The notes under the pieces were generated by a model. That model was not told the origin of the DNA and searched no databases. It saw nothing but the letters and a program-made list of their open reading frames with translations. From IMG/VR virus record IMGVR_UViG_2737471864_000007, positions 1 through 18,204 of that record: 18,204 nucleotides of DNA; one strand, given 5' to 3'. This DNA comes from a virus (lineage: Duplodnaviria > Heunggongvirae > Uroviricota > Caudoviricetes). This document shows positions 1 through 7,166 of this stretch, piece by piece. Numbering within the stretch: position 1 is the stretch's first letter; each line of letters opens with the position of its first letter. Both the position numbers and the translations under genes were made by a program.

Positions 1-1446
1 ATGAAAATTGAAGCCGTTTTATTCGATTTAGATAACACGTTAGCATCAACAAGTAAGCTAAAAGATATTAGAGAGCGTGGGGCTTATGATGAAATAACAG
101 AAGAATTACTATCAACAGTTAAACCATATAAAGGTACCAAAGAATTACTAGAAAATCTGATTTCAAAAGGTATAAAAACAGGTGTCGTAACTAATTCAAG
201 TAAACGTTATGCAGAAAAAATAATTTCACATTTAAATTTACCAAATTTCGGTACTGTGGTGACATATACTGATGTAGGTTCATCAGGGATGAAACCAAAT
301 CCTACTGGTATTAATTTAGCATTAAAAAATCTAGGAATCTCAAATCCGGAACGGGTCATTTATATTGGGGACGATTATACAGATATTATTGCTAGTTATT
401 ATGCGGGGGTTATACCGATTGTTCCATCATGGGCATCAAGGACTCCTGTTTCTCAAGTGCCAGCCGCCGTATTAAGCACTGAGTTCCTTATAGATAATAT
501 TGATGAGTATGAGAATATAATTCTCATGGCGGAAAATTGTGCACGACACAATAGCTTTGAATTTGAGCGAAAAAGATTCTACTTTGTACCTTTGGATGAG
601 TCCGCTAATGTAATTCCTTCAAGTGAAACTCTATCTACAATATGTCTTGGACGTTATTTTTCGCAAAAAAGTTTACTTACAACAAAATTACACGATTCGC
701 ATCCATTATCTATTGAGATCGCCAAGAAAGAGTATGACGATAATTATGTGCCTCCAGAGTATTGGGGCGATATTTTAGCGCATGCGGCAGATAATATTCC
801 ATCTTTTTTCCGGGCTACTAAAGGTTTTGATATTGTTACAGTAATACCAGCTAAAAAAGGAAAAAAAGAAAGATTAGAGAGAGTCTTAGAAAATGCGCGA
901 AGTAAAAGCAATTCCAATGCTGCTTTTATAGCTGATCTTTTTGTTTTTAGTGAGGGAGCAAAATCACTTAAGACCTTACCAAAGGATCAGCGTTCGATAG
1001 AAATAGAATCTAGTTTGCATATGAATCCCAAATATAAAGGTACGCTTGAAGGTAAGACCGTATTAATATTTGATGATGTCATTACCACAGGCTCAACCTT
1101 AAAAAGAGCTTATTCATTGTTGAGAGACGAAAACGTTAAACATAGTTTAGGATTATGCTTGGCTAAAACAGTCTCTATATTTGAAGAGGATAGGCTTTGT
1201 CCTGAATGCATGTGTCACATTCTTAAAATAAAGACAAACTCTCTAACGGGTATTCGATTTTGGGGGTGTTCAGGATATAATGATGAATCAGATAAGTGTG
1301 ATTACACTGAAAGTATCGTTGAGAAACAATGCCCTAGCTGTGGTAGAGATATGGTTAAAAAGTATAATAAATGGAAGAGAGTTCGTTTTTTATCCTGTAC
1401 AGGATGGAATAAAGAACCTCGATGCAATTACACTGAGAGTGAGTGA
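1..1446 (+). CDS. shosT: Three-domain protein: N-terminal HAD-family phosphatase-like domain, central type I phosphoribosyltransferase (PRTase) domain, C-terminal tandem topoisomerase-type C4 zinc ribbons; candidate ShosT-like toxin/effector
   Basis: 481-aa ORF starting at window position 1. HAD motif I FDLDNTL at residues 8-14, with later TNS, KPNP and GDDYTD motifs. PRPP-binding loop VLIFDDVITTGSTL. Two C-terminal repeats (CPEC...IRFWGCSGY...CDYTE and CPSCG...VRFLSCTGW...CNYTE) resemble Topo I zinc ribbons. Visibly AT-rich versus the prophage backbone. Symbol is by analogy to the described PRTase + DprA-like ShosTA pair, not a verified match. Confidence 0.8.
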   Translation: MKIEAVLFDLDNTLASTSKLKDIRERGAYDEITEELLSTVKPYKGTKELLENLISKGIKTGVVTNSSKRYAEKIISHLNLPNFGTVVTYTDVGSSGMKPNPTGINLALKNLGISNPERVIYIGDDYTDIIASYYAGVIPIVPSWASRTPVSQVPAAVLSTEFLIDNIDEYENIILMAENCARHNSFEFERKRFYFVPLDESANVIPSSETLSTICLGRYFSQKSLLTTKLHDSHPLSIEIAKKEYDDNYVPPEYWGDILAHAADNIPSFFRATKGFDIVTVIPAKKGKKERLERVLENARSKSNSNAAFIADLFVFSEGAKSLKTLPKDQRSIEIESSLHMNPKYKGTLEGKTVLIFDDVITTGSTLKRAYSLLRDENVKHSLGLCLAKTVSIFEEDRLCPECMCHILKIKTNSLTGIRFWGCSGYNDESDKCDYTESIVEKQCPSCGRDMVKKYNKWKRVRFLSCTGWNKEPRCNYTESE

Positions 1447-2429
1447 TGTTGACAATATCTCCAGACACAGAAAAATTGTTAACACTTAGTGCCCTTAAAG
1501 GAGTGGGTACTAAGTCGTTATCTAGTTTAGGCATGCTCAAAGACTTTTCTAGTTTATCTCTTGAGGAGTTGGTGAGATTATTGGGGGTTAAGGAATTAGC
1601 TTCCGATGATTTTTTAGTGGCTAGAGATTTCGCAAGAAAGAATATTGATATAGCTCATGCTAAAAATCATTCTATAATTTCATTTTTTGATGAATGTTAC
1701 CCTGATACATTAAAGGTTACTAGCGATAGACCTGCAATACTTTATTGTGCTGGTAACATTGATTGTCTGCGTAATAAATGTTTGGCGGTAATTGGTACCC
1801 GTGAACCCACTCTACATGGTGAAACGATTGCAAAAAATATCACCAAGTGGTTCACCAAAAAAGGTTGGACCATTGTAAGTGGCTTGGCTAAAGGTGTTGA
1901 TTCAATTGCTCATACCTCCGCTATTGAAAACCAAGGTAAAACAATAGCAGTCATGGCTCAGGGGTTGGAAAAAATTTATCCCAGAGAGAATAAAAAACTC
2001 GCAATGGATATTATTAGTACAGGAGGAGTATTAATTTCGGAATATGCCTATGGAAGTCATACATTTCGTAATAACTTTGTAGAGCGTGATAGAATACAGG
2101 CAGGATTATCAGCTGGGGTTTTAATGGTTCAATCTGACTTAAAAGGTGGTAGTCTGCATGCATCTCGCTCAGCAGTAAATTATGGAAGATATCTTGTTAT
2201 TCCCAATCAGTCCAGAAGAGATATTCTTAATAGCGAGCCTAAAATACAGGCTAATCTTGCATTTATGAGTGGTGATTATTATTTAATTAGATCATTATTG
2301 AAAGTTAATGGAGATATAAGTAAATCTTTAATAATTATGGAAAGCAGTAACGATTACCTTAAGGTTGAAGAGCAATTGTACGATGCCCTTCATTCATTAC
2401 ATAATCAGTATAATGGTTTTGATTTTTAA
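1446..2429 (+). CDS. shosA: DprA/Smf-like Rossmann-fold DNA-binding protein; candidate ShosA-like antitoxin/partner
   Basis: ATG at 1446 overlaps the upstream stop by 1 nt (TGATG); the ORF track starts at an in-frame GTG at 1443. DprA-like core AVIGTREPT...IVSGLAKGVDSIAHTSAI...TIAVMAQGLEKIYPREN...ISEYAYG...F..RDRIQAGLS...VLMVQSDLKGGSLHASRSA...GR.LVIP. N-terminal region is helix-hairpin-helix-like. AT-rich. Confidence 0.8.
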   Translation: MLTISPDTEKLLTLSALKGVGTKSLSSLGMLKDFSSLSLEELVRLLGVKELASDDFLVARDFARKNIDIAHAKNHSIISFFDECYPDTLKVTSDRPAILYCAGNIDCLRNKCLAVIGTREPTLHGETIAKNITKWFTKKGWTIVSGLAKGVDSIAHTSAIENQGKTIAVMAQGLEKIYPRENKKLAMDIISTGGVLISEYAYGSHTFRNNFVERDRIQAGLSAGVLMVQSDLKGGSLHASRSAVNYGRYLVIPNQSRRDILNSEPKIQANLAFMSGDYYLIRSLLKVNGDISKSLIIMESSNDYLKVEEQLYDALHSLHNQYNGFDF

Positions 2430-2494
2430 GATAATTATATTGGGTTAGTTGTTAATGACACATTAATACTCCTTTTTCTTCGGTAGCCTCCTTT

Positions 2495-3622
2495 TTAGAA
2501 GGTTACCGTTATCCAATTTTTACCTCGATCATCTCGATATTTAGCTGTCTGGTTTAGAGACTTGTGGCCAAGCAATTTCTGAGTATCAATACCTTGACCT
2601 CCGTAGAGACGTTCGGACAAGGAACGTTGTTCGTGGAATGTCGCTGGAGTACCATCACCCCAATCAATTCCTGCTAAATCTCTCGCTTTACTAAAATTCA
2701 TCGTCAATGTATTGGCTGTAACCTGCGCGCCACGTTCAGCCTGTGAAGTAGTACGAAAAAAATGTACAAGGTATGGGCTGACTACATAGTCACGACAGCG
2801 GGCTACTACATCGCGCAAACTCCAGTTGATCGCATTGAGACGCAGGGAAAGCGGGATGGCGATTTTGCTACCGGTTTTTTCCTGGATGACATGGAGATGA
2901 TCATCCCAAATATCGCTAAATTTCATACGCGAGATATCACCTAACCTCTGGCCGGTAACCAGTGCTAACAGCATGGCATTCCCCATATAACGATGACTGG
3001 CATCTGCGATATCAAAGATTTTTTGCCATTCTTCAAGACTTAACCGTTGTCGGGTAATTTTTCTTCTGGGCTGTTTGGTCGCTAATGCTGGATTATAGCC
3101 TGGAGGGACTTCCCCGTAGTGTTGTGCCTCCTTGAATACATCAATTAGAACGGAGCGGACTACTTGCGCCATCCTCGGTTGCCCAGCAGTGATATACTCG
3201 TCAAGCAATTGTGCGATATCCCTTACATCAACGGATGAAATTAACTTCATTCCTGCTCGCTCCCTGAGCAAGGACACTGGTTTAGCTTTCTGTTTATAGG
3301 TGTTGAGCTTTATATCACCACTTTTCAGTCTGTCATCCTGGATTGCTTGATAGCGATCTAACCAGGTTGATGTTGTGATTGCTTTTCCTTTGCTGGTTGC
3401 GATCCTGTCACTGATAGCCAGAATCTGCCGGGTTCTTTGCTCAGCCAGGCGTGTATTGGCCTCAGTGGCAATAGCAATGGCTTCCGCTTCGTTTGTGCCC
3501 AAAGAATGGAACTTCCCGGTCACTGGATGCTTATATCGCCAATAGACTTTATTTACTTTTCTGCTATAAAGCGGATACAAGTTCGGGACTGAAACATTAT
3601 TTTTACGTGGTCTGGCTGCCAT
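2495..3622 (-). CDS. int: Tyrosine site-specific integrase, lambda Int family
   Basis: 375 aa. N-terminal arm-binding-like region and C-terminal catalytic region ending HEQRSLSERLYGGQGIDTQKLLGHKSLNQTAKYRDDRG, closely resembling the lambda Int C-terminus including the catalytic Tyr context. Overlaps xis at its 5' end as in lambda. Confidence 0.9.
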   Translation of the reverse strand: MAARPRKNNVSVPNLYPLYSRKVNKVYWRYKHPVTGKFHSLGTNEAEAIAIATEANTRLAEQRTRQILAISDRIATSKGKAITTSTWLDRYQAIQDDRLKSGDIKLNTYKQKAKPVSLLRERAGMKLISSVDVRDIAQLLDEYITAGQPRMAQVVRSVLIDVFKEAQHYGEVPPGYNPALATKQPRRKITRQRLSLEEWQKIFDIADASHRYMGNAMLLALVTGQRLGDISRMKFSDIWDDHLHVIQEKTGSKIAIPLSLRLNAINWSLRDVVARCRDYVVSPYLVHFFRTTSQAERGAQVTANTLTMNFSKARDLAGIDWGDGTPATFHEQRSLSERLYGGQGIDTQKLLGHKSLNQTAKYRDDRGKNWITVTF

Positions 3623-3848
3623 TACTTAAAATCCTCTGTAGAATAATGGAATCACTTTTCTTGATGACAGGAGTAACTAACTCCCCAACTAACTCTGCGT
3701 CCTCACGCACTCGCCATAGTCGACCTTGTTTCATTGCCGGTGGACAAAATAAATTCTGCTTAGCATAACGACGCAATGTGGACACACTTGGAGGATTACT
3801 CCTAAATTTTTCCGCAGCCCATTCCTCAAGTGTCAGCATTTGAAGCAT
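3603..3848 (-). CDS. xis: Excisionase (Xis, lambda-like)
   Basis: LTLEEWAAEKF...VSTLRRYAKQNLFCPPAMKQGRLWRV parallels lambda Xis (LTLQEWNARQ...TVRRWVRE..IFPPPVKDGREY). Start taken at the ATG at 3848 (GAGGT about 10 nt upstream); alternative in-frame starts at 3863 and 3839. Overlaps int start. Confidence 0.75.
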   Translation of the reverse strand: MLQMLTLEEWAAEKFRSNPPSVSTLRRYAKQNLFCPPAMKQGRLWRVREDAELVGELVTPVIKKSDSIILQRILSNGSQTT

Positions 3849-3903
3849 TTTTGATAACCTCATTTCTTTTGCTACACAACTATTTCACTAGTTAATTTCG
3901 CTG

Positions 3904-4440
3904 TCAGGATTGCTTATGTATCTTATGCAGCTCTTTAAAACGTTCCATAAACATCCCGTAGGCATGGCCCGGAGCCAGTGGAATAACTTTGAATATCTCT
4001 GTTGCCGGGATACCTTCCAGTACTGGCCAGAAAGAGCCATCATCAAGCCCGAGATCGCGGCGTTCGGTTGCCAACATGATGAGATCGGCATATTTCACAG
4101 GTGTACTCATAACCGGGGGTAACCCGTATTTCTCACGGATTACGGCGTCTATTTTTTCTTCCATCCGTTTATAGTCGGGAAGAAGGTGTTTCAGTGGTGC
4201 GGGGATGTCCTGACAATATGCTTCTGTTGCATCATGCATTAACGCTTCAAAAGCAAATTCCTGCGGTACCAGCTGGCTGCAAAGCACCGCATGTTGGGCG
4301 ACGCTGTAGAAGTGTGAAAGATGTCCTGCAAAGCGACAGATATTTGAAAGGGAAACCGCGATATCGTTAATAACGATGTCGTCTTTATTTATCTTGTCAT
4401 AATAAAAATGCTTCCCGGAAAAAGTTTTAATAAATGACAT
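3904..4440 (-). CDS. yfdR: HD-domain phosphohydrolase, YfdR-like (prophage CPS-53/KplE1 family)
   Basis: 178 aa from the ATG at 4440 (GGAGA 6 nt upstream); the track's longer form uses an upstream GTG. HD-type H..HD metal-binding context (ALMHDATEAY). Identity to E. coli K-12 YfdR is from recollection of sequence, size and gene order; needs BLASTP. Confidence 0.75.
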   Translation of the reverse strand: MSFIKTFSGKHFYYDKINKDDIVINDIAVSLSNICRFAGHLSHFYSVAQHAVLCSQLVPQEFAFEALMHDATEAYCQDIPAPLKHLLPDYKRMEEKIDAVIREKYGLPPVMSTPVKYADLIMLATERRDLGLDDGSFWPVLEGIPATEIFKVIPLAPGHAYGMFMERFKELHKIHKQS

Positions 4441-4567
4441 TTTGTTCTCCACGTATATGCGCTGCACCGCGCTGAATTTTGGTTAAAGAAAACCCTCGCC
4501 ATCAGGTGATTATTGAGTCAATTATGTTTCCATAAATGCCCCCGCAGGGGCATTTGCAGTAATGAAA

Positions 4568-5392
4568 TCAGGCGTTGAAAGTACCAATAAAGGTTTTTAC
4601 TTTGCTGTCTTTGAATTTTTCAACTAGCAGATCACGAAATTCGTTAGCCATTTCTTCCTGTACTGCTTCCAGCTGAATAATGCGCTGAACCAGTACAGGG
4701 CGATCACCAGTGATAATGCTGAGTCGTAATTTAAACGGACGTTCTTTCAGGCCTTCAAACGGAACGCATTTAAATTCAAATGCCACTGGCATAATGTCTT
4801 TGGTCTTCGCTTCGACAGACTCCATCAGGGAGCGTTTGCCGCTGAAGTCATTGTCTTCAAAATCAGCAGTCTGGTTCGCTTCAATTGTGATTTTACGGAT
4901 CGCTGCAGCCGCTTTGGTTGCCTGAATGGCGTCACCATTAGCATCAAAGCCCACAAGGTAGTCTGCCCAGTCTTCAATCCATTCTGCCAGTGACTTCTGG
5001 GAGTTACGTTCGCCGTTAACAGACAACAGAGCAGAGAACGGGGCTGTCTTTTTCAGTTTGAGAGTGGCGGTGTTATCTGCGTGACCTGGTTCATCAATAG
5101 TACCCAGGTTAAGTACACTGACGGCACGCATATTATCAGCATCGATAAAGCAGCCGGTGCCTTTATCTGCAAGATCTTTAGAATAACGGGTAAAGTCATC
5201 GATGTTGGCAGTGGAAAGCGCACCACGGAAACGGAAGCGATTTAAATTAAATTTTTCCAGATCATGAATGCGGAAATTCTCAGGCAATGCTACAGCATCG
5301 GCACCAATCTTATTGATAATTTCATTAACACCCTGAGCAGAAATAAGGGCATGGATTTGATTAATTGCGGTTGCGTCTAAGTTCTGAGACAT
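4568..5392 (-). CDS. yfdQ: YfdQ-like protein (DUF2303 family), function unknown
   Basis: 274 aa, ATG at 5392 with GAGGA 8 nt upstream. Size and position between yfdP-like and yfdR-like genes match the K-12 CPS-53 order as I recall it; needs BLASTP. Confidence 0.75.
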   Translation of the reverse strand: MSQNLDATAINQIHALISAQGVNEIINKIGADAVALPENFRIHDLEKFNLNRFRFRGALSTANIDDFTRYSKDLADKGTGCFIDADNMRAVSVLNLGTIDEPGHADNTATLKLKKTAPFSALLSVNGERNSQKSLAEWIEDWADYLVGFDANGDAIQATKAAAAIRKITIEANQTADFEDNDFSGKRSLMESVEAKTKDIMPVAFEFKCVPFEGLKERPFKLRLSIITGDRPVLVQRIIQLEAVQEEMANEFRDLLVEKFKDSKVKTFIGTFNA

Positions 5393-5457
5393 AATAAGTC
5401 CTCACTATATAAAGATATTCAGTGATGAGATAAATAATCAGTTTATTAATAACGATA

Positions 5458-5820
5458 TTAACGACCTGCTGCGCGGAGTTTTCCGTCAGGCTCACCGGCA
5501 AGAGTCAGTAATTGTCCCTGGTCTTCCTGCAGAATAGTCAGGCGACCACCGCGATTGACATACATCGGCGTTTCTGTGGTGTCTTCTTCGGAAATTTTCC
5601 CGCGGTTAGTCGGGCGAACATATGAGAGTTTGTGTTTGATTTTCACACGGTTCTCATCAAATGGTTCGATTTCCAGGTTGAGTGAGACCTTACCTTTGGT
5701 TTTCGTGTTCATCACACCGGAAGCGACTTCACTGAGAACTGCGCCGATTTTGGTTTCAAATACGCCGCCGTCCAGCTCCCCGATAAATGCCTGCACATCA
5801 GTACTGCGTTCGCTAGCCAT
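5458..5820 (-). CDS. yfdP: YfdP-like hypothetical protein
   Basis: 120 aa starting MASERSTDVQAFIGELDGG at the ATG at 5820, with AGGAG 8 nt upstream. The track's 226-aa form extends into the GC-rich ORF-free segment with an Arg/Cys/Pro-rich, non-protein-like translation, so the extension is rejected. Confidence 0.65.
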   Translation of the reverse strand: MASERSTDVQAFIGELDGGVFETKIGAVLSEVASGVMNTKTKGKVSLNLEIEPFDENRVKIKHKLSYVRPTNRGKISEEDTTETPMYVNRGGRLTILQEDQGQLLTLAGEPDGKLRAAGR

Positions 5821-5870
5821 TTTGCTGCTCCTCATCATATCGACCCTGCAAGGCCGATTAGTTTCTCCAC

Positions 5871-6074
5871 AAAACAGAGAAGAACACCTGCGGTGGCAGC
5901 CGCCCGGATGGATTGAGTTATGAGCCCGTCGTCCGGTGATGTTCTTCTCTGTTTTGTAAAAAGGACGGTACCAGCCGGAAGCAAGGGTACAAGCTGGTAC
6001 CGCCAGGACTACACACAGCATAAAGTTGTGGTGCCGGGTGCCTCCCGGTGCCTGGCGAAGGTTGCACACCAGGC
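5871..6074. other. GC-rich ORF-free segment with multiple perfect inverted repeats; candidate structured RNA or MITE-like element
   Basis: 16-bp perfect inverted repeat AAAACAGAGAAGAACA (5871-5886) / TGTTCTTCTCTGTTTT (5940-5955) around a 53-nt GC-rich spacer. 9-bp perfect stem GGTACCAGC (5967-5975) / GCTGGTACC (5993-6001). 6-bp stem GCCTGG (6050-6055) / CCAGGC (6069-6074). No convincing ORF in any frame. Confidence 0.3.
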
Positions 6075-6219
6075 GGGTGGGTATCCACAGAAGGTCGACT
6101 GTCAGCCTCAACCTTAACCCGCGTGCGCTGAGCCGCATTCACCACAACGCTAAGGATTCTCTCTGGTTGAAAATACTTAGCTGTTATGTGCCTGCTTTTA
6201 GCCACATCAGGCGAGGTGG

Positions 6220-6272
6220 ATCTGGTTATTCCCCAACAATAAGGATTCGGTTAATCTGGTTATCCCCAACAA
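6220..6272 (+). repeat. Two direct repeats ATCTGGTTAT(T)CCCCAACAA, 34 bp apart, just upstream of the ORF at 6289
   Basis: Copies at 6220-6239 and 6254-6272. The associated motif TAAGGATTC also occurs twice (6151-6159, 6240-6248), and CTGGTTGA at 6163-6170 is a partial third copy. Confidence 0.6.
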
Positions 6273-6288
6273 CGCAAAAGGAAAAGAA

Positions 6289-6723
6289 ATGTCCGGTAAT
6301 ATCTATACGCTGTACAAATCCCACTGTGAAAATGTTGGAAAGTATCGGGGCATTGAAATCAGTGGGGTAGTGTCATCAGTCGAAATAAGCAAAGTTGAAT
6401 CAAGAGCAACATTACTTACTCTTCTGGACCTTGTCTTACATGAGCACCGGAAGAAATTCGGCACTCCCTATAATCAGTTGAATGGGAAAAAGGCTCTGGT
6501 TCACCTTATTCTGATGAAGCATCACTGGATGCCAAAACAGATTAATGAGATGAAATTTGATGAACTTCTTCTTTCAATTCAGGATGAACTCACGCTTGAT
6601 AAAATAAGCGTAACCGCCCAGAAATTTTTAGATTATCGAGACTGGAGATCACAAATTCATCACTTTGATGATTTTGACGAAAATGAATGGGATCCTAATT
6701 TGTCTGCACAATATCTAAAGTAG
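6289..6723 (+). CDS. Hypothetical protein, 144 aa, acidic C-terminus; AT-rich gene oriented against the leftward early operon
   Basis: ATG at 6289 with AAGGA 7 nt upstream. Protein-like translation with no recognisable motif. 3' end overlaps the convergent small ORF 6695-6901 by 29 nt. Confidence 0.6.
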   Translation: MSGNIYTLYKSHCENVGKYRGIEISGVVSSVEISKVESRATLLTLLDLVLHEHRKKFGTPYNQLNGKKALVHLILMKHHWMPKQINEMKFDELLLSIQDELTLDKISVTAQKFLDYRDWRSQIHHFDDFDENEWDPNLSAQYLK

Positions 6724-6901
6724 CATCCTGTGATAAAACTGTGATTTCCTGATCCAGTTTTTTTAAGGAGCCTATTGTTTCCTGTCGATAAGACAGCACT
6801 TCACGAAGCTGGTTTATAGCTGCCAGCTTCTTTGTCATCCACTCGTAAATTTCCTCATCTGTGTAGCCAGGCGCGACGATTTTTGGTTCTGTTTTGTGCA
6901 T
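6695..6901 (-). CDS. Small hypothetical protein, 68 aa; first gene of the putative leftward (pL-like) operon
   Basis: ATG at 6901 preceded by a strong GAGGAGGTG Shine-Dalgarno 5-6 nt upstream; the track's longer form starts at a TTG. Helical-looking, not Arg-rich, so not an obvious N homolog. Confidence 0.55.
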   Translation of the reverse strand: MHKTEPKIVAPGYTDEEIYEWMTKKLAAINQLREVLSYRQETIGSLKKLDQEITVLSQDATLDIVQTN

Positions 6902-6947
6902 TTCACACCTCCTCAAGTTATCAGTTACTTGTTGATGGGGACCAGAT

Positions 6948-6959
6948 TGTTAAAGAGCT
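6948..6959 (-). promoter_or_regulatory. boxA-like element GCTCTTTAACAA; candidate antitermination (nut-like) site on the leftward transcript
   Basis: Minus-strand 12-mer matches the rrn/lambdoid boxA consensus TGCTCTTTAACAA at 12 of 13 positions. Lies between the OL-like block and the first leftward ORF. No convincing boxB hairpin identified. Confidence 0.4.
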
Positions 6960-6960
6960 A

Positions 6961-6984
6961 AGCGTCCTGTAGGGCGCTTTTTTG
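6961..6984 (+). terminator. Rho-independent terminator (plus strand)
   Basis: AGCGTCC-TGTA-GGGCGCT stem (7 bp, one G-U pair) followed by TTTTTT. The same hairpin on the minus strand has a C-A mismatch and no U-tract, so it is directional. Confidence 0.55.
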
Positions 6985-7058
6985 TTGCTAACGAATCATC
7001 CTGGACTTCATATGCCCCAGGCGGCTACTTCGTGGGCGTCCTGCCTGTTCGTTGTTTT

Positions 7059-7120
7059 AACACCTTTAAGTTGTAATTTAGTTGTGGCTTTGAATATTGT
7101 CAACAACTTTATGTGGTTTG
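7059..7120. promoter_or_regulatory. OL-like operator/promoter region
   Basis: Block AACACCTTTAAGTTGTAATTTAGTTGTGG (7059-7087) plus ACAACTTTATGT (7104-7115). Both recur in the cI-cro intergenic region; contains AAGTTGT/ACAACTT inverted half-sites. Confidence 0.5.
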
Positions 7121-7166
7121 AACGAGTAGCCAAGGAGTGCAAGGATTATCAAAAAAAGGAGGTTGT

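Noticed and set aside
3888-4174. Small ORFs overlapping the yfdR-like gene (3888-4091 minus, 3910-4122 plus, 3989-4174 plus)
   Set aside because: Nested within or antisense to a protein-like HD-domain gene; no independent start signals.
5871-5955. Retron msr/msd interpretation of the 16-bp inverted repeat
   Set aside because: No reverse transcriptase gene is adjacent, and the repeats enclose only 53 nt, too short for an msr-msd unit.
5458-6138. Track ORF extending the yfdP-like gene to 226 aa
   Set aside because: The N-terminal extension translates the GC-rich hairpin segment into an Arg/Cys/Pro-rich string with no SD, whereas an internal ATG at 5820 has an AGGAG SD and gives a 120-aa protein.
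6213-6288. Type III toxin-antitoxin (RNA-repeat antitoxin plus toxin) interpretation of the direct repeats and the ORF at 6289
   Set aside because: Only two repeat copies, no terminator between repeats and ORF, and the protein shows no resemblance to ToxN-like endoribonucleases as I recall them; kept only as a repeat observation.
5918-6370. Track ORFs 5918-6205 (minus), 5920-6117 (plus) and 6026-6370 (plus) inside the GC-rich segment
   Set aside because: Low-complexity Pro/Arg/Gly-rich translations typical of GC-rich non-coding DNA; no ribosome-binding sites; they overlap the inverted repeats.
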